From Eledone cirrhosa (Eukaryota): DNA of 64,000 nucleotides. The stretch is taken from contig OZ024743.1 of the NCBI GenBank assembly GCA_964016885.1, forward strand, positions 353,462,001 through 353,526,000. Direction: 5' to 3'. The translations under genes and the position numbers were made by a program. Below are positions 37,460 through 52,029 of this stretch, in pieces. The number at the start of each line of letters is the position of its first letter. The stretch's first letter is position 1. Under the pieces are notes generated by a model. The model had not been told where the DNA came from. It saw nothing but the letters and a program-made list of their open reading frames with translations, and ran no database searches.

Positions 37460-38720
37460 CAGGTCACTAAATAGAGGTGTAGTTTCCATCAGCGAGACCA
37501 GGATTTTCGGATCGTTGCACTCATACTTATTCTATGCGACTACATAGTGTATGACACAGTCGATCAGGCTTGGGTTGAAGGGAGTGGGAGTGTTGTTACC
37601 AAGTAGTCTTAATCGCGAAGCAAGGATGATCTTCCTGGATACAGAGAGTATGTCCGGGTTCTGAAGGTGGCGCCTTTACATTAGTGACAGTTCATGCTCC
37701 AGACTTAATGACCGTTAATATATTTATTGGCGGTGGAAATGACAACCATTTCTGTGAGGTGCCATTAGTGATGATGCGCAGGCATGCTCTTATGCTCCGT
37801 CATCTGCAGACATTTATAGACGGTGAACATGTGCGGTCTCCATTTATCAGGTATGTCCTTTCGCAATTTGTTTCTTGACGGTACTGTAGTCCTTGCTCAA
37901 ACGGAGAGCAAGATTGGGCAATACGATGGTTGCGTTTTCCGACCTACGGAGCGTGCTTTTAGTAACAGAAAACCAAAAACAGCCTAATGGCCATGGCTGG
38001 CTGAGTCGCGATGTGGGGGTGAAATTACAATTCAGTATTTGATAAACCACAATTGGCATGAACGTTTGGATTCCAAGAATCGATGTGCGGTATTTCAGCG
38101 ACACTTTCCCCAAGACTTCGATGTCTAACTCGATGGGTTGCTCACCTCTCACTGAAAAGAGGGAGTGGAGTACTGAGAAATGCCGGTAACGGCAGCCGAG
38201 CTACAGGAGATGGAGCTGAGATACTGACCGGTTAAGTTAGAGGCAAATCAACAGCTTTCGATGGTCTGATCTACAAGCTTTACACATACAAGCATGACTT
38301 GTTCACCGCGCTTTTGGCTAACGTCTACTGCAAATAGAAACAGACGGGGAACATCTCCAGTTTTGTGTACCGGTTAGTAGTTGTGTTGCTGAAGAGGGAT
38401 GCGAACAAAGTGGAAATAATCCATAATTTTTCATCTATAACTCTGTTGAAAGCCGAGTTTAAGATTTTAGCCAAGGTGCTTGTGTGAAGAAGTTGGCGTT
38501 CGCTTCGTTGGTGCGCATAGACCTGTGTAATTCCCGGAAGATCTATCTACGACAGTCTCTAACTCATATGATACATTATAGAGAGTGTAAGTGCAAAACC
38601 TGATATCAATGGGGGTCTGATTAATTCAAATAGATCGACAAGATCAAAGGTGACAAGCAGCTCTCCACATGTACCCTATGTAACTCTTGTCTCTGTGTTC
38701 CTTTTAAATGAACTTTTCCT
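37460..38720 (+). mobile_element. Highly decayed L1/Tx1-like LINE
   Basis: VVSISETR (APE start); LLKRDANK...NFSSITLLKAEFKILAKVL (RT start). Confidence 0.65.
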
Positions 38721-38824
38721 TTAAATATTATACTTTCGGTTTCTTACATGAGGCAAATAAAAAGGTTTTTATCTCAAGTTTCTTCGTAAGATCCTGAAAC
38801 TTTATTTCTCAGTCTAAAAAGTCT

Positions 38825-39080
38825 AATATCTGTCTTAAGCCAGAAGGCTCATTTGGGCGGTACTTACCCCGGTTTCATAGCGTGAAGCGACTGAGTTCAG
38901 GACACCAGTCCATCGAAGCGTTAAACCCCCAGCTATTGCTGGTACTCATTTTCAGCTGAGTATACTGGAGCAACGTAAAATGAAATGTTTTGCTCAAGAA
39001 CACAACACGCAGCACAGGAATAAAACCCACGACATTATGATCGTAAGTCCAACACCCTTACCACTAGGCCACGTGCCTTC
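38825..39080 (-). mobile_element. Second tRNA-SINE family
   Basis: rc GTGGCCTAGTGGTAAGG A box...GTGTTCTTGAGCAAAACA...GAGTACCAG. Confidence 0.7.
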
Positions 39081-39421
39081 TATTTCTCAGTAGGGAAATG
39101 AAAATTAACGTAACTTCTATTCCATGCGCTAGTATAAAAGTATATTCAGTTAGTTAGAATTCTCTAACTTTAGAACCGCTTACCTAGTCTGAGAGTTCTT
39201 TATAGTGTATTGTAAGTTCGTACATGATCTTTGAAAACCCTTTCTTCTTTAAGATGTCTCTCACATCCATTTGAAACTCATCGGATCACTCCACAACATT
39301 GTTATCGCATTTTAAGACTTGCTAATTTTTTTTGGAACTATCTATCAAACATTGGAAGAATCCATTGATCTTGGACAAACTAAGCAAAAGATAACGAGAA
39401 AGAGAAAGAGAGTGGGAGAAC

Positions 39422-39502
<81 letters not shown>

Positions 39503-39872
39503 AGGCGGCGTGAAAGAAAATGTGTTTACGACAAGGTTATGAAATGAACTATGTTAGATTGGATCGGTAGAGAAAGAAAGGATACTGGCAGAAACAGAGA
39601 GAGGAAGGGAGGGAGAAAGAAAAGGAGAGAGAAAGAAAGAAAGAGGAGAGAGAGAGAGAAAGAAAGAAAGAGGAGACAGTGAGAGAAAGAAAGAAAGAGG
39701 AGAGAGAGAGAGAAAGAAAGAGGAGAGAGAGAGAGAAAGAAAGAAAGAAATATAAAACTAGAAAAGAACGAAGAACAAATAACAAAAAGAAAAAAAAAAA
39801 TCAAAAAGTATATATAACGCCAACAAAAACAATGACAACAGCCTCCTTCTTATCCCCCTCGACCCCCTTCTC

Positions 39873-39919
<47 letters not shown>

Positions 39920-40120
39920 TGTCATAAGAAGTAAAAAGACATGAGATCACACTTTGAGTTGAATGTAGACAGAACCAATGAGACATTGAGAAATTGTTAC
40001 TGACGAATGTTTTACGATGGACGGCCATGCATGCTTACACACACACACATATATATATATATACTTGCATACATACATACATACATACATATATATATAC
40101 ATACATATATACATACATAT

Positions 40121-40151
<31 letters not shown>

Positions 40152-40211
40152 CTCTTTTACTCTTTTACCTGTTTCAGCCATCCGGCTGAGGCCATGCTGG
40201 GGCACCGCCCT

Positions 40212-40212
<1 letters not shown>
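40152..40212 (-). mobile_element. SINE 3' fragment in (TA)n
   Basis: CTCTTTTACTCTTTTAC...GGCCATGCTGGGGCACCGCC resembles an abundant octopus repeat (recalled). Confidence 0.5.
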
Positions 40213-40254
<42 letters not shown>

Positions 40255-40287
40255 TTGCATACATACATACATACATACATACATACA

Positions 40288-40378
<91 letters not shown>

Positions 40379-40423
40379 TTGCATACATACATACATACAT
40401 ACATACATACATACATACATACA

Positions 40424-40455
<32 letters not shown>

Positions 40456-40500
40456 CACACACACATATATATATATATATACACATACACACATATATAC

Positions 40501-40543
<43 letters not shown>

Positions 40544-40576
40544 CATACATATATACAAACATACATGCAAATATAC

Positions 40577-40645
<69 letters not shown>

Positions 40646-40744
40646 CATATATGTGTATACACACACACACACACACACACACGCACGCATATATATATAT
40701 ATGCTTGCATACATACATACATACATAGAAACATACATACATAT

Positions 40745-40815
<71 letters not shown>

Positions 40816-40936
40816 CACACATGTGTGTATATATATATATACACACACACACATATATATATACACATACACACATACATACGTATATATATATATATAT
40901 ATACATACATATATACAAACATACATGCAAATATAC

Positions 40937-40994
<58 letters not shown>

Positions 40995-41457
40995 ATATAT
41001 GTGTATACACACACACACGTATATATATATATATATATGCATGTATATATATATATATATATATACATACATACATATACACATATACACATATTTGCAT
41101 ACTCGTACATACATACATACATGCATACAAAGATATATACAAGGATATATACACACAAACCTACACACACACACGTACACACAATCACACGCACACACAA
41201 TCACACGTACACACACGCACACACACACACGTACACACACACACGTACACACACGTACACACACACACGTACACACACAGACAACACAGGTTTTGATAAA
41301 GTGTTTCAGTTTGGAAACAAGGAACTCTGACGAGGCGAAAACACAATTAGTTATGGATTACTGAAAAGCAGTAACTTAAAAAGGTGTGTCGAAATAGTTA
41401 ATATTGACTAAAGCAGACAACAGATGGAGACCTCGTTAAAACCACAAACTATACAGC

Positions 41458-41632
<175 letters not shown>

Positions 41633-41932
41633 CATACATAGATGAATATATATATACATATACATATATACGTATACATATATACACATACATATACATA
41701 TACATACATATATATATGTATGTATATATATATATGCATATATATATATATACATATATATATATATGCATATATATGCATATATATATGCATATATATA
41801 TATATATGTATGCTTGTATGTGTGTACACACACATACACGATCACACACACACGTGTGTGTGTGAGTATGTATGCTTGTATGGGTGTGTATATATATATA
41901 TATATATATATACATACAACCATACATACACG

Positions 41933-41965
<33 letters not shown>

Positions 41966-41973
41966 ATACACAC

Positions 41974-42044
<71 letters not shown>

Positions 42045-42280
42045 CATATATATATGTATATATATATGTATATATATATATAAGATATATTAACACTTTC
42101 GATAGATAGATAGATAGATAGACAGATAGATAGATATATAGATAAGGATAGACATAGAGCTGCATATAGAAATGCTTGCAAAGACATGCGTGAGTGTCTA
42201 AAAACAACAATTGTACAGAAAATGGCAGCTATCACATTTTTTGAATATTACTACATAACATCGTTCATCATCATCCTGAT

Positions 42281-43202
42281 TGTCACCACCACCACCACCG
42301 CTGCCACCACTACCACCACCACCACCACTACCACTACCAACACCAACACCACTGCCACTACCACCACCACCACCACTACCACCACCAACACCACCACCAC
42401 CACTACCACTACCAACACCAACACCACTGCCACTACCACCACCACCACCACCACCACCACTACCGCCACCACCACCACCACCACCACTGCCACTGCCTCC
42501 GCCACTACTACTATCACCAGCACCAGCACCACCACCACAACCACCACCACCACCACCACCACCACCACCACCACCAGCAGCAGCACCACCACCATCACTA
42601 CTAATACCATCACTGGCACCACCACCACCACTTCTACTATCATCACCACCACCACTGCCACTACCACTACCACTGCCACTGCCACCGCCACCACCACTAC
42701 CACCACCACCACTGTCACTGCCACAGCCAGTGCCACCACCACCACCACTACCACCACCACTACCACCACCACGACCACCACCAACAACAACAACAACAAC
42801 ACCACCACCACTGCCACTGCCACCGCCACTACTACTATCATCAGCACCACCACCACCAACACCAGTCCCACCACCAGCACCAGCACCAACACCACCACCA
42901 GCACCACCACCACTACCACCACCACCACCACCACCATCACCACCAGCACCAGCACCAGCACCACCACCATCACCACCAGTCCCACCACCAACACCACCAC
43001 CACCACCACCAGTACCACCACCACCACTACCACCACCATCACCACCAGCACCAGCACCACCCTACTACCACCACCACCACCACTACCGCCGCCACTATCA
43101 CCACCAACCAGTCCCACCACCACCAGCAACAATACCTCCACCATTACCACCACCACCACAACCACCACCCTTACCACCACCACCACCACCACCACCACCA
43201 CT
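42281..43202 (+). repeat. Imperfect (ACC)n tract
   Basis: Direct reading. Confidence 0.95.
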
Positions 43203-43399
43203 TTAACACCCTACTATCACACTTTTACCTCTACCACACCCAACCCAACAACTCTGATACAAACATCAACATGTAATATACGATTATTCGTTTCCGATAA
43301 CTATGTTAAGATTCTCTTATGACAGTAGCAGCTGTTGTTTGATGGGAAAGGGCTGGGGTTCGCGTGAGGGTGGTGGTTGTTTTCATACGTCGTGGTTAT

Positions 43400-44468
43400 A
43401 TTGGAGCTGGTAGTTGTTATGGTGGTGGTGGTGGTGGTGGCGGTGGTGGTAGTAGTGTTGTGTGGTGGTGGTGGTGTGGTGGTGGTGGTGTTGGTGGTGT
43501 GGTGTTGGTGGTGTGGTGTGGTGTTGGTGGTGTGGTGGTGGTAGTGTGGTGTTGGTGGTAGTGGTGGTGGTGGTAGTGGTGGTTTTGGTATTGGTGGTGG
43601 TGTTGGTGGTGGTGGTGGTGGTGGTGGTGGTAGTGGTGGTTTTGGTATTGGTGGTGGTGGTGGTGGTGGTGTTGGTGGTGGTGGTGGTGGTGTTGGTGGT
43701 GGTGGTGGTGGCGGTGTTGGTGTTGGTGGTGGTGGTGGTGGTGGTGTTGCTGGTAGTGGTGGTGATGGTTTTGGTGTTGGTGGTGGTGGTTGTGGTGGTG
43801 GTGTTGGTGGTGGTGTGGTGGTGGTGGTGGCGGTGTTGGTGGTGGTGGTGGCGGTGGTGGTGTTGCTGGTAGTGGTGGTTGTGGTGGTGTTGGTAGTGGT
43901 GGTGATGGTTTTGGTATTGGTGGTGGTGGTGCTGGTAGTGGTGGTTGTGGTGGTGTTGGTGGTTGTGGTGGTGGTGGTGTTGGTGGTGGTGGTGGGCGGT
44001 GTTGGTGGTGGTGGTGGTGGTGCTGGTAGTGGTGGTTGTGATGGTGTTGGTGGTGTTGGTGGTTGTGGTGGTGGTGGTGTTGGTGGTGGTGGTGGTGGTG
44101 GTGGTGGGCGGTGTTGGTGGTGTTGGTGGTGGTGCTGGTAGTGGTGGTTGTGGTGGTGGTGGGCTGTGGTGGTGGCGCGGCGTTGGTGGTGGTGGTGGTG
44201 GTGCTGGTAGCGGTGGTAGTGTTGGTGGTGGTGGCGGGCGTTGTTGGTGGTGGTGTTGGTGGTGCTGGTGGTTGTGGTGGTGTTGGTGGTGGTGGTGGTG
44301 GCGGTGTTGGTGGTGCTGGTGGTGTTGGTGGTGCTGGTGGTGGTGCTGGTAGTGGTGGTAATGGTGGTGGTATTGGTGGTGGTGGTGTTGGAGGTGCTGG
44401 TGGTGGTGCTGGTAGTGGTGGTATTGGTGGTGGTGGTGCTGGTAGTGGTGGTTGTGGTGGTGGTGCTG
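43400..44468 (+). repeat. Imperfect (GGT)n tract
   Basis: Direct reading. Confidence 0.95.
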
Positions 44469-44764
44469 GGAGCAGAAGTAATCAGTGAGTGTTACAGTCA
44501 GTAGATATGTGCGTGAGAATGTGTGTGAGTGTGTGTGTGTATGTGTGTGCATGTGTGTGTATGTGTGTGAATTTTCATGTTAGTGAGTATGCGTATGCGT
44601 GTTTGCATGTGTGAGTATGTGTGTATATGTGAGTATGTGTGTGTATGTGAGTATGTGTGTGTTTGTGTTATATACAGAAATGTATTGGATGAGAGTAAAA
44701 GTTAGGGAGTGAGAGAGAGATAAAGAAAGAGAGAGAGAGGGAGAAAGGAAGAGAGATAGGGAAA

Positions 44765-44838
<74 letters not shown>

Positions 44839-44917
44839 AAGGAAAAGAGAGGGAGAAAGAAAGAGAGAGAGAGAGAAAGAAGGACAGAAAGAAAGAGACA
44901 GAAAGACAAAGAAAGAA

Positions 44918-44960
<43 letters not shown>

Positions 44961-45079
44961 GAAAGATAGAGAGAAAGGAAAAGAGAGAGAAAGAAAGTGA
45001 GAGAGAGAGAAATAAATAAATCAAAAGAAAGAAAGAAAGAGAGAGAAAGAAAGAGAGAGAGAGAGAGAAATAGATAAAT

Positions 45080-45111
<32 letters not shown>

Positions 45112-45409
45112 GAGATGTGGTGGGGAACTGATATTTGAGAAGAATGATATGGAAGTAAAAGACAAGGTATGAGGAGAGTGAGAGAGAGAGAGAGAGGAAA
45201 CTAGAGAGAAAACTAAAAAAGAATTCATATCAGAGAGAGAAAGTTAGATAAATCATGAGTGTGGAGGTGGTAGTGGGGGAGGGGACGAGGAGAGAAGAAT
45301 GTGTGAAGAGGAGCTATCATAGCTAAGAGGGGTAGGAACAATATAATGGAAGGATACGAGAAAAGGTGAGTAAGACGTATGATTATATGTATGCTCACTT
45401 GTCTTGGTA

Positions 45410-45665
45410 TCTTATACACAATGTACGCCATTGAGTCTATACATAAACAGACGCATTAACTGTTTAATAAACACAACCACAAGGATATGGTCCAAACGTG
45501 GAAGAGCCGAACTCCCGCTGTCATCGCCTCCATCTCTCTCGCCCTCCCCATCTCTCTGTATGGTGAGCAAATGGCGTCCCACGTGCTGGCCTCCCACAGC
45601 CCCGGCGGACAGAATGGAGAAGGCGTTTCCTCGGAGGATGGTAAGGGAAATGCGCTGGAAAAGGT
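45410..45665 (-). mobile_element. CRE 3' end fragment
   Basis: FQRISLTILRGNAFSILSAG. Confidence 0.75.
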
Positions 45666-45772
45666 GAGCTAGAGGGAAACCACGAGAGAGTAAGTGGGAG
45701 AATGAATAAGCGATAAACGAGACTGAAGAGGTAAAAGCAATAATCGAAGGGTGATGGTGTGTTTTACTAGAG

Positions 45773-46599
45773 CAGGGGTGTGCAACATATTCTATTGGTG
45801 AGCCACTTTTGAAGATTTACCACAACTTCCTCTCCGCCGGGGCTGTGGGGAGACCAGCACGCGGGACCCCATTTGCTCACCATACGAGGAAGATGGGGAA
45901 GGCCAGAGAGATGGAGGCGATGACAGTGACTGTTCTTTCTTGTTTGCTTAGGTTACAATTGCATTGTGATAGCAGTTGTGATAACCCTCTATAGCATACA
46001 TACATGGAACTGGGAAATTATAACACGCATAACTTTGGGAGCAATTCTTTTCATGGTACTTCTCCGTTTGGGTTTTTAGAGATTGGTAGGTCTGCAATCA
46101 TTAGATCTCGGATTCAGTCCCACAGCATGGTCATATGGGTACGTGTTATTTATCATAATATCTGATCTACTCAGGTATTGTGAGTGACATTCAGTAGACA
46201 GAGACTTTTGGAAGCCTATCAAAAGAACTGTATCTGTAATTCAAAGGACCAGCATTGTCACACATTATGTCACTCTAAATCAGGGGTGTGCAACATATTC
46301 CACTGGCGGGCCACTTTTGAACATTGGAACAACTATTAGGGCCATTAATATTTATTAAGCACTATTCCAAAGATTCACCACAACTTCTTTCCATAACATG
46401 GAACTGGGAAATTATAACACACATAACCCTATCAGTGAAGCCCTGTAGTATAGGTCAACTAACAGAAAATTGTATTACGGTTACGAAAAAAATTCTAAAT
46501 AAGCCTACAAGGTAAAAATTAGAAACAGTCATCGCAGGCTACTCTGACTGGTCTGGTGGGCCGGATTGTGGCCCGCGGGCCACCTGTTGCACGCTACTG
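45773..46599 (+). mobile_element. Non-autonomous hAT-type DNA transposon
   Basis: TIR CAGGGGTGTGCAAC / GTTGCACGCTACTG; 8-bp TSD TACTAGAG (45765-72, 46600-07). Confidence 0.85.
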
Positions 46600-46697
46600 T
46601 ACTAGAGGAAAGGTACTGTGCGGAGAAAAAAGAGATAAACGAAGAGAGAAGGAAGAGAAGGACAAACAAAAGAGAGAGAGAGGGGGAGAGAGAGAGA

Positions 46698-46759
<62 letters not shown>

Positions 46760-47160
46760 ATATGGAGAAACAGAGAGAATGATAGTGAGAAAGAAAGATA
46801 AAGGAAATAGACGTAGACTATGAGTGAAAAAGAAAGTGTCCAGATATATTGTGCAAATATATCTCCGTGAAAAGTCTTAGAAAGTGCTCGATATATGTAA
46901 ATATATTGCATCGGAATATATAGAAGATAGAGCTATGATTTGACACAAACGAAATGATATACGAAAAGACAGGAAGTTATACATATCAAAATAAACATAT
47001 ATATTTTTTTCCTGGTATATGTTTCTCGTATATACAAATATTGCGTTCATCAACGGCACTCAAAAGAATTTTAAAAGTTTACTCGTACATTTTATTAATA
47101 GACACACACACGCACACATACATTTATATATACACACACGCTCACTTACATACATACATA

Positions 47161-47205
<45 letters not shown>

Positions 47206-47568
47206 ATCAGCAAACAGCGAAAGACGCCTTCCGGACTTGTCCGACAGACAACCTTTTCCCCCACCCTGGAAAAAACCCCCAGTTGATGGATGTGAATCCG
47301 AAATATATAGGGACTATTAAATCTCTCCCAAGGTAACTCTCTCTTGTGTTGTTATTTTAATTTTTATCCTTTTACTCTTCCCTCCATTCTACACATCTCA
47401 CACATCTTATACACACCACGCATCTCAACGTACACCCACTTACATCTCTCTCTCCACCACCGGACCTTGTTACCCGGAGATTTACCTATTTGCATTGTCG
47501 AGGCTTCCAAACGACTTATAGATATTTACTTATTGTTCCACAATGCTTCAAGCAAACTTCAATACTCT

Positions 47569-47643
<75 letters not shown>

Positions 47644-47774
47644 GTGAGGTTTTTTTTACAAAATGAAAAATAACCGAGGTGTCCTACACGAGTGGAAGTA
47701 TAAAGAAAAAGGGATGAAATCGAAAATGCAACTGAAGTCTTATTTTTTTAAAAAATATATATATTTATTTGGTT

Positions 47775-47812
47775 CCTTTACCGGTTTCGCAGTTCTTCTG
47801 CTTTTCAAAAGG
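47775..47812 (-). ncRNA. Minimal type I hammerhead, U3-A8 core
   Basis: CCTT-TTGAAAA-GCAG-AAGAA-CTGC-GAAA-CCGG-TA-AAGG. Confidence 0.75.
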
Positions 47813-48843
47813 TGAGTTGAGATGGAGGGTCTGTGGTTTTTCTCACATCTGGTTGGTCTCTAAATGTTACTTGTTTTATATGGAAAAAGTGGCTCGAAAA
47901 CCAGGTTTTTCGAGAAGTAATTTGATTGGTTTGTCAATAATTATAATAAATTTCGCGCCAGTTCGCGTTACAATAGTTCTTCAAATAAGAGAGGGGGGGG
48001 GGGGGGGGTTGTTGTCACAGGTTGTTTTTTCATATATGAGTGTTTGAATTTCTTTTTACTTGAAAAAATGAGGCTCACGAAGGCTTTTTTTTGGTTGGTT
48101 ATAAATGAAATTTGGCTGTCACGTGAACAAGTTTTCATTACATTTTTGCGCCCTTATTTGGAAAACTATTCTGTAGTCTTTATAGTGAATGTTATGACAA
48201 TGGAGAGATAGTGGTCAAGGGAAAAGGGATTGGGAGAAATGTTCTGGTTCAGTGAATATGGCCAGCTGTCAGAGTTCAGGTGTCAGAGTTCAGATTTTCT
48301 ATTGAGACTGAAGATATGTGTTTATTTGTGTGCTTGTGTGTGTGTATATGTGTGTGTGTGTGTATGTGTGTATTGGAAGATGATTCTATTAGTAGAGATG
48401 GGGGAGGGAGTTGTGTGTTATGTGTGTGTGTGCGAGTATGTTAGATAGAGAGAATATATATTTTGTGTGTGTGTATATATATATGTGTGTAGGAAAGTGG
48501 TTCTATTAGTAGAAATGGGGAGGGTGTTGTAGGTGTGGGGGTTGTTATGTGTGTGTATGGGTGTTATGTGTGTGGGAGTATGGTTAGCATGTTAAGATGA
48601 AGAGAATATATATATATATATATATATATATTGTGTGTGTGTGTATGTGTGTGTGTAGGAAAATGATTCCTTTAGTAGGAATATTTTTGAATGAACATAT
48701 TTTCCTGACTTTTTCGTGTTTGCTATTGTATTGCCAGTGCAAACGTATGTTTAAGGTTTATTTAGTTCGGGTTTTTATTTTTTAAAGTAGAAGGTGTTAT
48801 GTGTGTGTGTGTATGTCATATTGTGGTGTTGACATAATGTATA

Positions 48844-50161
48844 TTAAACCTTATTTAATGATGGTCTATATTTTTGAATAAACATATTTTCTTTATTTAT
48901 TCGCATTTGTTCTGTTGTATTGTTAGCGCAAAGGTAAAATGGGAAGACTTGGAATTTGGGTGTCTTATTACTTGCGCAAATGTCTAGATGTGCACTTAGT
49001 GGTATCTGTCTCGTGGTTGGATCTCGTAATTGTTGGCGATGAACTGTCATTCTGTTTCTGAGTGTGAGTTTAGTTTGTCCTATATAATCTTCATTGCATC
49101 CTTTACATTTAATGGCATAAACTAGATTTTTTGATGAGCAAGTGAAGTGATTTTTTACAGTAAAATTTTGTCCTGATTTAAATGTATACGTGTTGCCTTC
49201 AATGAGGTGAGTGCAGGTTCCACAATTAGAGCGACCACATTTTTTGATACTTGGTTGTGGGTTTGTGGTAGGTAATTTGGCATTGGTGAGTAATGTTTTC
49301 AGTGATTTTGGTTGTCTTTTGCTTTTGATTATTTTGTGTGTTTCAAGGGCTTTTTTCATTCTTGGGTTTTGTTTTAGTAGTGGGATGTTATTGTGAATAG
49401 TGTTGTAAGCTTCCGCATTTCTTGGGTTGTGTGTTGAGATATATGATAGAATATTGGACGTACCTTGAATTTGTTTCTGTTTCCGTAATTCATCAATGCC
49501 TATTGCTTTAGCCCTTTCTATTCCATTATTTATTAGTAATAGTGGGTACTCTCTCTCAAGTAGAATTTCCTTTAATTCTTGAAGTCTTTTATTTCGCATT
49601 TCATAATTGGAGACAATTGTGCAAATTCTTCTTGCTAGGTTAAAAGGAATGTTCGTCTTCGTGTGCTTTGGATGGTTGGAGGTGAATAGCAGATATTGTT
49701 TGGAATCTGTTGGTTTGTAGTGTATGTCAGTTTCGATATTTGTGTCTTTTTTTGTGATTAAGATGTCCAGAAATGGGAGTTGATCTTGGCTGTATTCCAT
49801 TGTGAATTGGATGTGGTTATTGATGCTGTTTATTAAGTTTTTGAAATCCTTCAGTTGGTCGAGTGTGTGGGACCAAAGAATGAGGCAATCATCCAAGTAG
49901 CGTTTCCAATTCTCTGATAAATATTTGTGGAAGTTCAATCCGTATTTTGATTTGGACTGTTCATATATCTGGACTTCTAAGTATGCCATGACTAAGTTGG
50001 CATAAGTTGGAGCGGCTTTTGTGCCCATCGCAGTCCCCGATATTTGCTTGTAAGTATTGCCATCGAAATCAAAAAAGTTGTTCTGTAGGATGAATTTTAA
50101 TCCCTCGGTGATGAAGCTTTTTTCTATTCTGTCAGGTATCTCATTGGGATATTTCTCTAGC

Positions 50162-50162
<1 letters not shown>
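48844..50162 (-). CDS. PLE RT (C-terminal part) + GIY-YIG endonuclease; true start missing
   Basis: GTAMG, RYLDD, LPFLD, CGRSNCGTC, LVYAIKC..YIGQT. Confidence 0.85.
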
Positions 50163-50249
<87 letters not shown>

Positions 50250-50359
50250 AATGAAGTAATTCCGTCGGAAAAGTCGAGGAAAAAAGAGTGCTCTATGTAG
50301 GTAACAGAGCTTAATAGTTATATAAACTATTTACATAACTATATATATATATATATATA

Positions 50360-50560
50360 TAGGAAAAGGGGCAGGACCCCGACGGCTGAGCTCCGACCGT
50401 TTCGACAGCTAGATCCGAACTAAGCCAACAGTGGCTGTCGAAACGGCCGGAGTTCAGCCATCGGGGTTTTGACTCTTTTCCTATTACCCACTCTATTACC
50501 CTAAGTATTGAGTAGTCTGGTGCGTTGTGGTCCACCTGGTTTCTTACCACACCCTCTTTG
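50360..50560 (+). mobile_element. Fold-back family copy 2
   Basis: Homolog of 17119-17316. Confidence 0.85.
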
Positions 50561-50582
50561 ATACATATATGTATATTTATAT

Positions 50583-50988
50583 ATAAATGTAATCTGACTT
50601 TTTCGAATATTAGTAATAACATTCGATACGTATGCAATTACGCAAACAAGCCGCAGTTTTAAAGCCATCTCAGTAGAATGAACCCTTCATTCTTGCTCCT
50701 GTGTTGGCATGTTTACATGGCTATAAAAATGAGGATTGTTTGCATAATTACAAACGAATCGAATGTTATTATTATGGATTGGCAGTATCGGTAGAGGGTC
50801 GGACGCCATGCTTTCCAGCATAGTTACATCCCTTTACGATCTGAGTTCAAATCCCGCCGAGGTTAACTTTGCCTTTCATCCTTACGGGGTCGATAAAATA
50901 AAGTACCAGTAATGCACTGGGTAATTGCTGGCCTTGTGCCTAAAGTAGAAACAATTATTAATATTCGAAAAACTCAGATTACATTTAT
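50583..50988. mobile_element. MITE-like inverted repeat with a SINE (50775-50957) in the right arm
   Basis: ATAAATGTAATCTGA...GCCAT / ATGGC...TCAGATTACATTTAT. Confidence 0.7.
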
Positions 50989-51253
50989 TGTATTCAGCCA
51001 TGTAGAACGAACATTTTATATATATATATAAATATATATGTACATTGAGTTTTGGTATACATACGTTTGGTGAACATATGTGTATTTACCTGTAGGTATG
51101 TGTGTGTGCGTTATATAGGTATTTATGTGTGTATATTTATATATATCACGATAAATTAACGGAGCCATAGACTCTCGCTATGCCCTGGTTTTTCCCTGTT
51201 TGACTGATGGCGCACTATCTCTCTCTCTAGTGTGTTATCTTTTCTGCATATTG

Positions 51254-51301
<48 letters not shown>

Positions 51302-51319
51302 AATATTATATATATAATA

Positions 51320-51403
<84 letters not shown>

Positions 51404-51812
51404 TATATATATAAATTTATAGCTAATTTATAACTGTCTCTAATACATAAACATCCCAATGAAAGGACAAGATATATCAATAAATTATCCACCCAGAGAA
51501 GCATTAATATATATTAAACTTAAGCCAAAATCTCATTTTGTGAGGTTACAAGCTAAATAGACTAAAGAAAGTCGACTTTATATAATACCCCACCATGGTT
51601 TCTGAGACTCAAGATGCAATATCAGGAACTCCAAGGTTTTGGAATAACTAATATTGGGAGAATTAAAGTTCCTTCATCGGGGGTGAAGTCTACTTAGAAA
51701 TAAGGGGACAAGTTGAAAATATATCAAACATACCATTTCGTTGCCAGCCCGCAAGGAGAACAAGTTTAGTAATTCAGCGATACAACACCTTGTTCTCCTT
51801 GGTGGCTAACAA

Positions 51813-51884
<72 letters not shown>

Positions 51885-51974
51885 ATAAACGTGCTGCGTG
51901 GTTGCAAATGGATTACATATGAATAAAGTGGTCCTTCATCATGGTTGGAAGATCACTGATGAAGGACCACTTTA

Positions 51975-52028
<54 letters not shown>

Positions 52029-52029
52029 A

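Larger units (their letters stand above)
47640..50162 (-). mobile_element. 5'-truncated Penelope-like element (Neptune-like)
   Basis: Uninterrupted RT/GIY-YIG frame, 3' UTR and pLTR with hammerhead; (TA)n on both sides. Confidence 0.92.

Noticed and set aside
41333-41352. CTGACGA-GGC-GAAA hammerhead
   Set aside because: Stem II essentially absent and stem III unpaired; at best a remnant
42186-44552. Mucin-like, Pro-rich or Gly-rich ORFs
   Set aside because: Products of (ACC)n/(GGT)n, open in several frames; no splice or domain evidence
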